Positions 23,101 to 34,665 of a stretch of DNA of 64,000 bases are shown piece after piece. A program made the position numbers and the translations under genes. The stretch comes from Azolla caroliniana (taxonomy: Eukaryota > Plantae > Polypodiophyta): the NCBI GenBank assembly GCA_043228905.1, contig JBHGNT010000014.1, positions 10,664,001-10,728,000 of the forward strand. Reading direction: 5' to 3'. The notes beneath the pieces were generated by a model that saw only the letters and a list, made by a program, of their open reading frames with translations, did no database searches and was not told where the DNA came from. Position 1 is the first letter of the stretch; the number at the start of each line of letters is the position of its first letter.

Positions 23101-24891
23101 CAAGAGGGCGCAAGTCGAGGCGAGGCGATAACAAGAGCCTCGAGGGACACTGACACGGAGGTCGGGATGACGGTACGCTCTACGGCGAGAGAGCACGACG
23201 GGCAAAGGAGAGGCAAGGAATGCGGAATGGGGCTGCCTAAGGGCCAAAGAATGAGTGCATATTCGGGGGACAACATCGACGCATGGGAAGAGCCTACGGA
23301 AGGCAAGCGCGGAGCGGGAAGAGTCGACACACCGAGGTGTTCAACATGCGGAGACGATAAAACCAAAGGAGCGGCACACAAAGGGCGGAAACCGGGGTGC
23401 AACCAGAGAGATCCGGAGCGCATCCGGAGGACATGCGAGGCGGACCAAGAGGGTGTACCTCAGGGCGAAGCGGCAACATCGGAGGTTGCGGAGGACACCG
23501 AAGACGAGAGCACCGACATGGATGTCGGGGAAGCAACGTACCTTTTTGAAAGGGTACGCAGAGCGGAGCGGAGTGCGAGATCTGCGATGTGGCCGTGTAA
23601 GGGCCGAACGACAAGCACGAGGATGATCGGCGAGCATGGAAGGCTATGTCTTGAGAACCGAAGGAGGTGCGTGGAGAGCAACGGGCTACGGAAGCGCGGC
23701 GTCCTGGAAGGCATGCGAGGCCAAGCGGGCCAAGAGGACGAGAGACGGGAAGAAGCGGTAACGGGAGTCGCGAAGGACACTGACATGGTGGTCGGGATGA
23801 CGGTACGCTCTACGGCAAGAGAGCACGGCGCGCAACGGAGAAGCGAGGAGCATGTAGTGAGGTCGTCGAGGGACCGAAGAACGAGCGCATGTTCGGGAGA
23901 CAACAAGGACCCACGGAAAGAGCCTACGGAAGGTGAGTGCGAAACGGAGGGAATCGGCACGAGGTGTTCGAGACGAAGGGAGGATCGAGCTAGAGATAGA
24001 ACACAAGCGGTATGCGAGGGGCAGAATCCGGCGAGCAAACGGGGTGACCAAGGGCCTAATCGGAGGACCTACGTGGCGGACAAAGAAAGAGTGACCGGAT
24101 CGGCAATGGCGTTCGGGAGGACCGACCGGGGAGGAAGGCGCGTGTGGTGGATATGGCGGTTCGGATGGAGCCGCCGGTTCGAGGACACACGGTGGACGTG
24201 GTGGATCGGATGGAGTTGACGGGTCGGGGCTGGTAAGGAGCCAGCAAGGGACCGGAAAGACGGTTGGGTGCCGGTAAGGCGAAAGACCCGGTTGATCACC
24301 GTCGCCGAAATCTCTCACCCTTTTCCTTTCTTGGCACATACCGGTGGATGTGCGGTTTGGTGGGGGTGGATGTCGTGAAGATTTTCGTCGATAGGCGGAA
24401 ACCGGGGTGGGAAGGCCAAGTTGGTGGTGTGCTACATGTGCACATATAAACTAGGATATGGTGTATAGAAAGAGAGGGGAAATTTGATCCCACATTGTAA
24501 GGTCCCTCCCTCCTTGGGCTATAAAAGGAAGGGAGGGGTCACTTATGAAGGGTTGCCTATTTTTTGTGAGTAAGGTATACCACTTAGTCTAGGGTTCTCC
24601 TTCTTCCCATTTTCGTTTTAGGGTTAGGGTTCGGGTTAGGGTTTTCTTCTTGGGTTTTCCTTTAGGGTTTTCATATAGTCATTTTGGTGTGGCCATGGCG
24701 GCCACCATTGTTGTAATCATTCATTTCTTAATAGAACTTCTTGTTGAGTATCTTCATTGCATCATCTTCTTCTTCTATCATAATGTCATATTCGTTCTCT
24801 TCTCCTCTTGAGCTAATCTTTCTCCTCCACTCCCTAGTCCAAGACCCCCGTGGTCCCGCCCTTCTACACGCACGCGCGTAACAATGCGACA
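20110..24891 (+). mobile_element. C2: non-autonomous Gag-only LTR element with tRNA-Trp PBS
   Basis: 521-bp LTRs at 20110-20630 and 24371-24891; TSD GCGT; PBS TGGTGAACCCGACGTGA at 20635; PPT at 24359-24370; Gag-like ORF from 20668 followed by low-complexity ORFs; no RT/IN motifs. Confidence 0.9.
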
Positions 24892-24895
24892 GCGT

Positions 24896-25189
24896 TGAGG
24901 CCACAATTAGGTTTCCCTTGCAAAACTTTAACGTACCGTTCCAAAAACAACTAGTGTAGCCTTCATCATCTAACTTGTTGGTTGATGTCAAATTCAATTT
25001 CACCTCTGGGACGTGTCGAACATCCTTCAACATCGGTTTGCACCAAGTTGAAGTCATCAAACACACATCTCCTATGCCAACGATTCAACATGCTCCTTCA
25101 TTTCCCATCTTCACCAAACTGTGGTCTCCGGCTATGTATGATGAGAAGCATTTCCGGTCAGGGGTTTGGTGGAATGACGTTACAAAGTC
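24896..25189 (-). pseudogene. Copia A post-protease fragment
   Basis: SFHQTPDRKCFSSY..KMGNEGAC..LKDVRHVPEVKLNL..GNLIVA. Confidence 0.85.
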
Positions 25190-25260
25190 TGTTAGGAAAC
25201 AGGTCCCTCCGGATGGGAAGTGAGAAGAACAGTGTTGATGAGGAGTACCCGGTGAGAACC

Positions 25261-25497
25261 GGATGACGAGTACCCAGCAAGGAAGACCTGGTGAGAACCG
25301 GATGTGGAGTACCCGGCAACGGAAGACCCGGTGAGAACCGGATGACGAGTACCCAACAAGGAAGACCCGGTGAGAACCAGATGTGGAGTACCCGGCAACG
25401 GAAGACCCGGTGAGAACCAGATGTGGAGTACCCGGCAATGGAAGACCCGGTGAGAACCAGATGACGAGTACCTGGCAAGGAAGACCCGGTGAGAACC
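25261..25497 (+). repeat. 39/40-bp minisatellite, 6 units, in the copia B 5' LTR
   Basis: GGATGTGGAGTACCCGGCAACGGAAGACCCGGTGAGAACC (type A) and GGATGACGAGTACCCARCAAGGAAGACCCGGTGAGAACC (type B); order BABAAB. Confidence 0.9.
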
Positions 25498-26018
25498 GGA
25501 TGTTGCAAGCTCGGTGAGAACCTCTCATCGGATGGAAGGGACATATATGTAAATATGTTCCAGAGAGCCCACTGGGGCTATATTTGTAAATAGTTCGAAA
25601 GTCATATTAGTATAAATATGACCTAGGGCAAACTTAATCATTATTATGATAGAGTTATTGGTGTAACTTCTGTACAATGCGTAAGAGAGAGAGAGAGAGA
25701 GCAATATACAGAGAGTGTGTGTCTCTGTTGTAATCGCCGCTAGACGAAGATTGTGAGCAAGAGGTCATTGCCTCTGTGCTCCCTGTTGTATTACTTTACA
25801 GAGTGATTGTTTGGAGTCTGTGGACTCTCGTGGTTTTTCCCTCTCAGGGTTTTCCACGTTAATATCCTGTATATTCTCTTTCTATTTTGTGTACTTACCT
25901 CCATTCCCATTTCGTCTGTGTTTTGATTGTCATGAAGTGATCTACGCTTCGGTTGTGACCGGAGATTATTCCACATATTCCACGTCAAACTGGTATCAGA
26001 GCGAAACGACACAGAAAA

Positions 26019-29000
26019 ATGGACGATTCATTGGGGGGCATGTTCAAGCTCACTGGCTCCAATTACTCGGTGTGGAAGTCGAAGATGAGGGACATGCTCG
26101 TGGTTAAAGATCTTTGGTTGCCGATTCAGTTCGGGGACAAGAGACCGGACAAAATCGATGCCACGATATGGGAGGTGATGCACATGAAGACAACGGCGTA
26201 CATACGGTGCTTCATCGACATGAGTCTATACAACAACTTCAATGAAGAGAGCAAGGCTCATGAGCTCTATGAGAAGATCGGCATTATGTTTCAGAAAAAA
26301 AATGTTGTTAATCAGATTTCGGTATTTCGGAAGCTAGTAAGACTCCGGTACCAAGATGGCTCCAGCATGGCGGAGCACATGAATACCTTCCAGGGGCTGA
26401 TCCACCAGGCAACATCATTAGAAGTACCTCTCACAGATGAGGTACTAGCACTACTCCTGCTCGGTTCCCTCCCAAATAGTTGGGAGACGTTGTTTGTCAC
26501 TTTGGGCAACGCCGTGCCAGAAGGGAAACGGTTATCCCTAGCAAGGGTGAAGTCGAGCCGGCTTGATGAGGAGGCACGTCGGAAAGACAAGGATACGAAC
26601 TCTGACTCCAAAGCACTCATTACCGAATCGGAACGCGGAAGACAAAGGAACCATAGTCTCCAGAATTGGGAGAAGTCGGGGACACGGTCAAAGTCAAGGG
26701 GGAGGCCTACCTGCTTCTATTGCGGGAAGCCGGGACACTTCCAGAAGAGCTGTCGGCACTTCCGAAAAGACAAGGAAACTGATGCTACCAATTCGAAGCG
26801 GACACCGAATCGGAACAGTAAAGACCAGAGGAGAACGGACCGGAAGGGAACAACAGCAATCGCGGCAAGTGAAGAAGAGTTGATGCTCTTCCCTGAGGAG
26901 AGGGAATTGAACCTTGCCGGCGACGAGACAACGTGGGTTGTTGATTCCGGAGCGTCGTTCCACCTTACCCCAGACCGTAAATACTTCTCATCCTACACAA
27001 TCGGTGATCACGGTTGTGTCCGGATGGGGAATGAAGGTACATGCCGAATTGTCAGCATAGGAGACGTGTGGTTGACAACACCAACCAGATGCAAGCTGGT
27101 GCTGAAGGATGTCCGACACGTTCCGGAGGTTTGACTGAACCTAATATCAGCCGGTCGGCTAGATGATGAAGCCTACACGGGTAGCATCCGAAACGGAGTC
27201 ATGAAATTCAGCAAAGAGAGCCTGATAGTGGCTCACACCCAAAAGGTCAACACGTTGTACCTGATCAATGCCCGGTTATGCCCGGAAGAAGTGAACGTGG
27301 CTTTCGACACTACCGGTGAGTTGTGGCACAAGAGATTGTGTCACATGAGCGTGAAGGGGATGAAGAGGCTTGCCGATGACAACCTCATTCCGGTGAAGAA
27401 CATGCATCTTGAGAGGTGCACCGACTGCCTAGCCGGTAAGCAAAACCGAACCTCCTTCCGATCAAGGCCACCGATGAGACGAAATGCACCACTGGAGTTA
27501 GTGCATACTGATGTGTGTCAAGTGGACACGAAGTCACATGCCGGATCGTAGTACTTCGTGACGTTCATAGATGACCACATTCGGAAGTTGTGGGCCACAC
27601 CGTTGAAGACGAAGGATCAGGTGTTATCCGTCTTCAAAGAGCTCCATGCGAGAGTGGAAAGAGAAACCAGCCGGAAGCTGAAGGCGGTTCGAGCAGATAA
27701 CGGAGGAGAATACCGGGGGCAGTTCAAGGAGTACTACCGCTCGAAGGGAATCCAGCTCGAATTTTCCGTGCCAAAGACGTCGGAACTAAACGGACTGGCC
27801 GAGAGGATGAACCGGACCATAATGGAGAGGGTCCGGAGTATGTTGGCGCATGCAAAATTACCCAAGACATATTGGGTTGAGGCACTGTCGACGGCGACAT
27901 ACGTGATAAACAGATCACCCTCAGTACCCTTGGACGGAGACACGCCGCAGAGAGTATAGACTGGTAAGGAAGTGTCCTACCGAAATCTGAAGGTGTTCGG
28001 GTGTTTCACGTACGAGCATGTAGCTAAGGACCGGAGAGAAAAGTTGGATCCAAAGACCCGGCCATGCATATTCCTCGGTTACGATGACGATGAGTTCGGC
28101 TACCGAATGTGGGACCTGGCCGACAAGAAGGTATTCCGGAGTCGAGATATTATCTTCATGGAGGACAAGACGCTCGTCGACTGGGAGTCGGAGAAGAAGA
28201 TAATGAACTCTGAATCGACCGGTAAGGATCGATTCTACGATGAGCAGACCCAACCGGCAAGAGACCAGTTAGCACTCGATGAACCGGTCGGTGACGGTAA
28301 GGAGACAAAACAGGCCGAAGAAGAAGGAATAGGTGAAACCGGAACCGGCCAAGACCTCGAATCGGATTCGGATGAAGAACAAATAGAGGAGCCGGTTGTT
28401 GAAAGCCAAAGACGGAGATATCCTCTCAGAGAGAGAAGGGCCCCCCAGAGATTCCCAGATGCAGAGCATGTGTTGTTGAACGATGAGGGGGAGCCGGAAA
28501 GCTTTGAAGAAGCGAAGGATGACACCAATAGCCGCAAGTGGTTGAGTGCCATGCAGGACGAGATGGATTCCTTGCATGAGAACCACACGTATGAATTGGT
28601 GGAGTTGCCGAAAGGAAAGAGGGCACTCCGAAACAAGTGGGTGTACAAGTTGAAACCGGGAGATGCCAACCCCAAGGTACAACATGTCAAGACAGATACT
28701 AGGGATGCACATCATCCGAGACCGGTCAAAGAAGCAATTGTGGTTGTCACAGGAGAAATACTTGACAAAGGTGCTTTAGCGGTTCAACATGTTAGAAGCA
28801 AAACCGGTCGGATCGACACTCCCGGCAAACTGCAGACTATCCGGTAAGCAAAGCCCAAAGACGAAAGCAGAGAAGGCGGTTATGGTGAAGGTTCCATATG
28901 CCTCTGCCGTCGGGAGCTTGATGTACACAATGGTGTGTACTCGGCCATATATTGGATACGCAGTCGGAGTGGTGAGCTGGTTTATGAGCAATCCCGGCAA

Positions 29001-29565
29001 GGAGCACTGGAACGCAGTCAAATGGATACTCCGGTACTTGAAGGGCACTTCGAATATGTGTCTCTGATTCGTCTCCGATACACCTCAACTTGACGGTTTT
29101 ACCGATTCGGACATGTCGGCTGATGTGGATACCAGCCGGTCTACATCCGGGTATGTAATGACATATGCAAGGGGAGCTGTTTCGTGGCAGTCGAGGCTGC
29201 AGAAGACGGTTGCGTTGTCAACCACGGAGGCAGAGTACATGGCCGCTATGGAATCCGGCAAGGAAATATTATGGATGAAGGACTTCATCGGTGAGCTCGG
29301 TATCCGGCAAGATGAATACCGGCTCTATTGCGATAGTCAAAGTGCCATCCACCTTGCTAAGAACGCAATGTACCATTCCAGGACAAAGCACATCCAGCGT
29401 AGGTATCACTGGATCCGGGAGCGAGTAGAAGATCGAGAGTTCGCGCTGACGAAGATCCACACGGCCGAGAACGGGTCAGATATGCTGACCAAAGTACTAA
29501 TACCCGACAAGCAGGATGCATGTCGGAAGCGGATCGGACTAGTAAGACATCCCATGCCGGAGTGA
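26019..29565 (+). pseudogene. Copia B gag-pol with premature stops and RT core deleted
   Basis: CFYCGKPGHFQKSC, WVVDSGAS, LWHKRLCH, FIDD/ADNGGEY, RNKWVYK, then a jump near 28683 to the RT end; YCDSQS..TKHI RNase H. Confidence 0.92.
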
Positions 29566-29650
29566 AGGGGGAGTTTGTTAGGAAACAGGTCCCTCCGGAT
29601 AGGAAGTGAGAAGAACAGTGTTGATGAGCAACTAGGCCGAGGCCGAATCC

Positions 29651-30085
29651 GGATGTGGAGTACCCGGCAACGAAAGACCCGATGAGAACCAGATGTGGAG
29701 TACCCGGCAACGGAAGACCCGGTGAGAACCGGATGACGAGTACCCAGCAAGGAAGACCCGGTGAGAACCGGATGTGGAGTACCCGGCAACGAAAGACCCG
29801 GTGAGAACCGGATGACGAGTACCCAACAAGGAAGACCCGGTGAGAACCGGATGTGGAGTACCCGGCAACGGAAGACCCGGTGAGAACCAGATGTGGAGTA
29901 CCCGGCAACGGAAGACCCGGTGAGAACCGGATGACGAGTACCCAACAAGGAAGACCCGGTGAGAACCGGATGTGGAGACCCAACAACGGAAGACCTGGTG
30001 AGAACCGGATGTGGAGTACCCGGCAACGGAAGACCCGGTGAGAACCGGATGACGAGTACCCGGAAAAGAAGACCCGGTGAGAACC
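29651..30085 (+). repeat. 39/40-bp minisatellite, 11 units, in the copia B 3' LTR
   Basis: Same A/B unit types as in the 5' LTR; order AABABAABAAB. Confidence 0.9.
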
Positions 30086-30574
30086 GGATGTTGCAGGCCC
30101 GGTGAGAACCTCTCATCGGATGGAAGGGACATATATGTACATAATGTTCCAGAGAGCCCACTGGGGCTATATTTGTAAATATCCTGAAAGTCATATTAGT
30201 ATAAATATGACCTAGGGCAAACTTAATAATTATTATGATAGAGTTATTGGTGTAACTTCTGTACATTGCGTAAGAGAGAGAGAGAGAGAGCGATATACAG
30301 AGAGTGTGTCTCTGTTGTAACCGCCGCTAGACGAAGATTGTGAGCAAGAGGTCGTTGCCTCTGTGCTCCCTGTTGTATTACTTTACAGAGTGATTGTTTG
30401 GAGTCTGTGGACTCCTGTGGTTTTTCCCTCTCAAGGTTTTCCACGTTAATATCTTGTGTATTCTCTTTCTGTTTTGTGTACTTCCCTCCATTCCCATTTC
30501 GTCTGTGTTTTGATTGTCATCAAGTGATCTACGCTTCGGTTGTGGCCGGAGATTAATCCGCGTATTCCACATCA

Positions 30575-31458
30575 GAGTCTAGCACCCACGTCGTTTCGTC
30601 GCTGACAAGGTTTACTTCATTCTGCTCACTGATCAACAACAACTCCTCCTCACTTGTCGCGATCGTTGAGGTGCCCTTACAATCCGGAACTCTATTCTGC
30701 TCAACACCATCGCCTCCCCCATTCTCTTTCCGGAAGTGTCTGGGCTTCCCACAATAGAAGCATGTGGGCCTTCCTCTCAACTTCGACCTTGTTCCTGACT
30801 TCTCCCTAGTCTAGGGATTTCTATTCCGGCCTCTTCCCCGATTCATGTCACCTTTTGTGACTAAAGCCTTCGGGTCAATTACGGACTCTGTCCTTCTGGT
30901 GAGCTTCCTCATTTAGCAGGATCGACTTCATCGTCTCTACAGATAAATGCTTCCCTTCCAACCCGGCGTTGCCCAATGTGACAACTAGTGTTTCCCAGCT
31001 ATCCATAAGGGATCCCACAGCAATAGTGCCAATACCTCGTCGGCCAAAGGTACTTCCAGAGAGGTAGTTTAATTTATTAGTCCCTAGAAGGCATTCCGAT
31101 GCTCCGCCTTACTAGAGCCATCCTAATACTAGAGTCTCACAATCTTCCTGAATATTGAGAGTCTATTGACGGCATTCTTGTTCTCGAACATCATGTTGAT
31201 CTTCTTCCAAAGGATGTCCGCCTTGGTCTCTTGATTAAAATTGTTGTATAGACTCATGTCTATAAAACACCTGATATATGTCGTCGTCTTCATATGCATT
31301 ACCTCCTAGATTGATGTATCAATTTTGTCCGATTTTCCATCACCAAACTGCATTGGCAACCAGAGGTCTCTGCACACCAACATGTCCCGCATCGTCGACT
31401 TCCACACTGAATAGTTGGAGCCAGTAAGTTTGAACATTCCATCTAGATGTTCGTCCAT
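30575..31458 (-). pseudogene. Copia A gag-protease, degenerate
   Basis: MDEHLDGMFKLTGSNYSVWKS.. and RGRPTCFYCGKPRHF..ETTWVLDS, homologous to copia B Gag. Confidence 0.88.
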
Positions 31459-31474
31459 CGCTTTAATACCAGTT

Positions 31475-31725
31475 TGATGAGGATACTACCAGCCACAACC
31501 GGTTGATACACGTGCATACGTGGTTGCAAAGATCGAAATGACAAAAAACAGAAGAAGGAAATGAAAGTACAGAGACACAAGTATTTTTAACGTGGAAAAC
31601 CTTGATAGGGGAATATCACGGGAGTCCACAAACTCCAAGAATTCACTATGAGAAAAGGTATACAACAAGAAGTTACAAGGCAACGACCTTCAGTTCTTCT
31701 TCGTCAGACCGACGAATATGGAGGA

Positions 31726-31781
<56 letters not shown>

Positions 31782-32043
31782 ACACTCTGGTCCACTATTA
31801 CAACAACTCTATTCCCCTTATTAGCCCTTAGTGTATTTATACTTATACACTGAATGGGCTATTTACAAATATGGTTTGTAGTAGGCGCATCAAAAACATA
31901 TTTACAGATATGTCCTCTTTTGGATTCATCTCCAGATTCGACCAAATGCCTTCCGGCTGATCCGGCTCCAGATCCGGTCTCTTGTCTGGATCCATCTGAA
32001 CTGGCTCATGGTCTTCCCATACGGAGGGACTTGTTTCCTAACA
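31475..32043 (-). repeat. 5' LTR of copia A
   Basis: Aligns with 633-1164; adjacent to the PBS; contains a (CT)n tract. Confidence 0.87.
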
Positions 32044-34061
32044 TGTCCTAACCACAACATATAAGCATGTGTCTGAGTATTGATGAATTAATCACCTCCA
32101 CATACCACCGTACCATATTGGTAATGGAAAGAATATATTACTAGCACATGGTATGATATTCATTAGGTGTTTTAAAATGTATTGATGATGAATTTGAGTT
32201 GTTATTACGTTCATTAATTTCATATCTTGAAAGTGTTGAAAAAGAGATGATGTGTAAAGGTTGTGTAATAGTGCTTGTTTTCCAATCTTTTCTTCTGCGT
32301 GAACTCTAGTCATTTAGCTTTTTTGTATGTTTTATAGTTCAATTTCCCTATCTTTTTACATTTGTTTTGAGGGAAGGAGGAATGAACTGATGCAAGGATT
32401 TCATGTTGCATTTTGAATCGAAAGCACCTCCCCACCCCTCAATGCCCAAACCAACGACAATCTAGTTCCTAATATGTGTATTGTTCTATATTGCATTACA
32501 CTCTCTTTTTAAGCAATATTTTCTTCAAAGAATGTTTTAGTCAATATACTGTTAAAAAATATTGATGTCTAGATGCCAATGGTTACTAGTCAAACTCCAT
32601 CATTGTGCATAATCCCATGTAAATTTTTGAACAATGTTAATAACCAATACAACATCACACATGTCGTTGAAGACTTGTAGAAAGAATTAGGTTCAAACAT
32701 GCAAGCACTAATGTACACCGTCATATATATGTATTTGCATTAGAATTTCAATATGACACCTTGAAATTATAAGAAAAAAAATTGTTTACACATCTAAATT
32801 GTCTTATGTCATGTACAAATGAAATGTGTTCGCATTATTATTTCTTTTAGTCTAGTGTTATATTTAGATTCATGTTCTTGTTTACTTTAGATTAAGGTTC
32901 CTATCTCTAGTTTGTTTTGATATATATGTTAAAGTTTGTTTATGTCAAGAGGCTACATCACATTCAAACATCTTGTCGTATAGAAAAGCTAGGTCAATTT
33001 TTTATATTGCTTTTGTTCAGAAGTTATTGCTTCACTCCTATATATCATATGTATTATGTCACGTATACTATGTATAAATTACATCTTAAAGTTCGTTAAA
33101 GTCATGTTTTGTTTGGTTGCTATATTTTGTGTTATTAAGATGTGCTATGTTTCTTTTTCAAGTCTTATGTTTTTAATACAATAACTTCATGTTCCAATTT
33201 TATGTTCGATGTTTTCTTTAGTAGATGTGTAATTTTGTTATACTGTGCTATTTTTTTGTTGAATGTTCTTATGCTATAATTTATGTGATTATTGAAGATT
33301 TCATGTTCTATTTTTCTCTTACCTTAGACAATCGCATAACCTTTATATTAGGGGTATAAGTTTTGCCTCTAGAACTTCATCTTTATGACGATTTTTAAGT
33401 TCCAATATTCAATCAAGTGACCAAGGGAGGATCAAATAAGGTGACTAAATTAGGATCCAATAAGGGAACGAATGTGTATTCAATAAGGTACCCGAGTGAT
33501 GATTCAATAAGATATCCAAACTTATAAGGACATCTAAAAGCTTGATGCATCATCCGCTAATGCAATTAATCTCATTGTGATTTAGCACACGATGACTTAT
33601 TCAAAATTCTTTTGAAGCTATGTTCTTGTTTTTCTTTACAAACTTATTTTATGTTGTATATATGTGCCACATTTGGAGAGTTTGGCTACATGTATGTCTA
33701 CCTTGTGTTATACATTAGAATATGTTATGTTTTTAGAGAATGAAAAACTAGACATTGGATGTTTATATAACTAGATTCTTTGAGAAATTAGTCAACCATA
33801 TTTTAATCAAAATAAATGCACGTTTTTATCGTGGTTTAATGTTAATCCTTCTTTTGTTTTCACGCTCTCATCACTGCACCTTAATTCATAATTCGTTAAT
33901 ATAGCCACAACCCACAAGTAAGAGGCAATGTGTAAGGTTATGACATGACTATAACATCTTGGAAATGAAATTGTAAATGCAACAATCATTTCTCAAAGTT
34001 ATTTTTTCTTTGTTACATTATGCAAATGCTTGTTTTTCAAATTTTAAATCTACTAATCTAA

Positions 34062-34665
34062 CTGAATGCACAAGATGTAAACTCGTGAAGACCAAATTTG
34101 AGAGAGGCATAAAGACCGCATCCCCTCATTTCCGGGAGATTTGGATGTTGGTTGTAAGCTTCACCCTTTGGTATGTGTGGAAAGCACGTTGCCTAAAGGT
34201 CTTCCAAGATCTAGTATGCCCCCCAGAGGAATTGATCATGGATATTTTGTTTGCGATTATCAACTGCCTACGAGGGCAGTTGGACGAGGTTTGTGGCCAC
34301 TCCGAAGACATGGTCATTGCCCGCTTACGCTTATGGCAAAAATGGAGGAACATGCCGATAATTATGCAAGGAGGAAATGGCCCGAGGTGAAACTACAACC
34401 CCCACGATGGTTGTTTCCTACTCACCTCCTTTCGTTGAAGCCCAAAGGATCGAGCTCGGCCAATTGGGGATGATTGCCACTAGTTTATAGCTCTAGATAC
34501 TTACTAACGTTAAGTAGAAAGTAGGAGAGGATATGTATGTAGTCTCATATTCTTGAACTCAATCAGGGGCTAAATCCCTGATTTATGTATAAGCCATCTT
34601 GTATAGTCTTTTTGTAAAAATCTCTCCTAGCTAATGGGAAAGTAGCTCATTTAATTTGGAAAAAA
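34062..34665 (+). mobile_element. 5'-truncated LINE (L1-like) 3' end with poly(A) tail and TSD
   Basis: LWYVWKARC motif typical of the LINE ORF2 C-terminus; A-run at about 34660-34668; flanking direct repeat AAATCTACTAA(T/G)CTAA at 34046-34061 and 34666-34681. Confidence 0.8.

Larger units (their letters stand above)
25190..30574 (+). mobile_element. Copia B: Ty1/copia related to copia A, with an internal RT deletion
   Basis: LTRs at 25190-25987 and 29576-30574; TSD AAGTC/GAGTC; PBS-Met at 25991-26002; PPT at 29564-29575. Confidence 0.93.
633..32043 (-). mobile_element. Copia A: old Ty1/copia LTR retrotransposon expanded to 31.4 kb by nested insertions
   Basis: Homologous LTRs at 633-1164 and 31475-32043; flanks TGTCT/TGTCC (4/5 TSD); PBS TGGTATTAAAGC at 31460-31471(-); PPT at 1165-1176(-); collinear coding pieces at 30575-31458 (gag-PR), 24896-25189, 16070-16718 (IN) and 1177-1963 (RT end/RNase H). 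Confidence 0.85.

Noticed and set aside
22428-24339. Antisense ORFs in C2 as an env-like or accessory gene
   Set aside because: GC-rich and open in several frames on both strands, with no recognisable domain; not supportable without family conservation data
25261-30085. Regular ~40-bp repeats resembling a CRISPR array
   Set aside because: No unique spacers and no cas genes; the arrays lie inside the paired LTRs of a plant copia element
29357-30266. Long repetitive antisense ORFs
   Set aside because: Translation artefacts of the stop-poor LTR minisatellite
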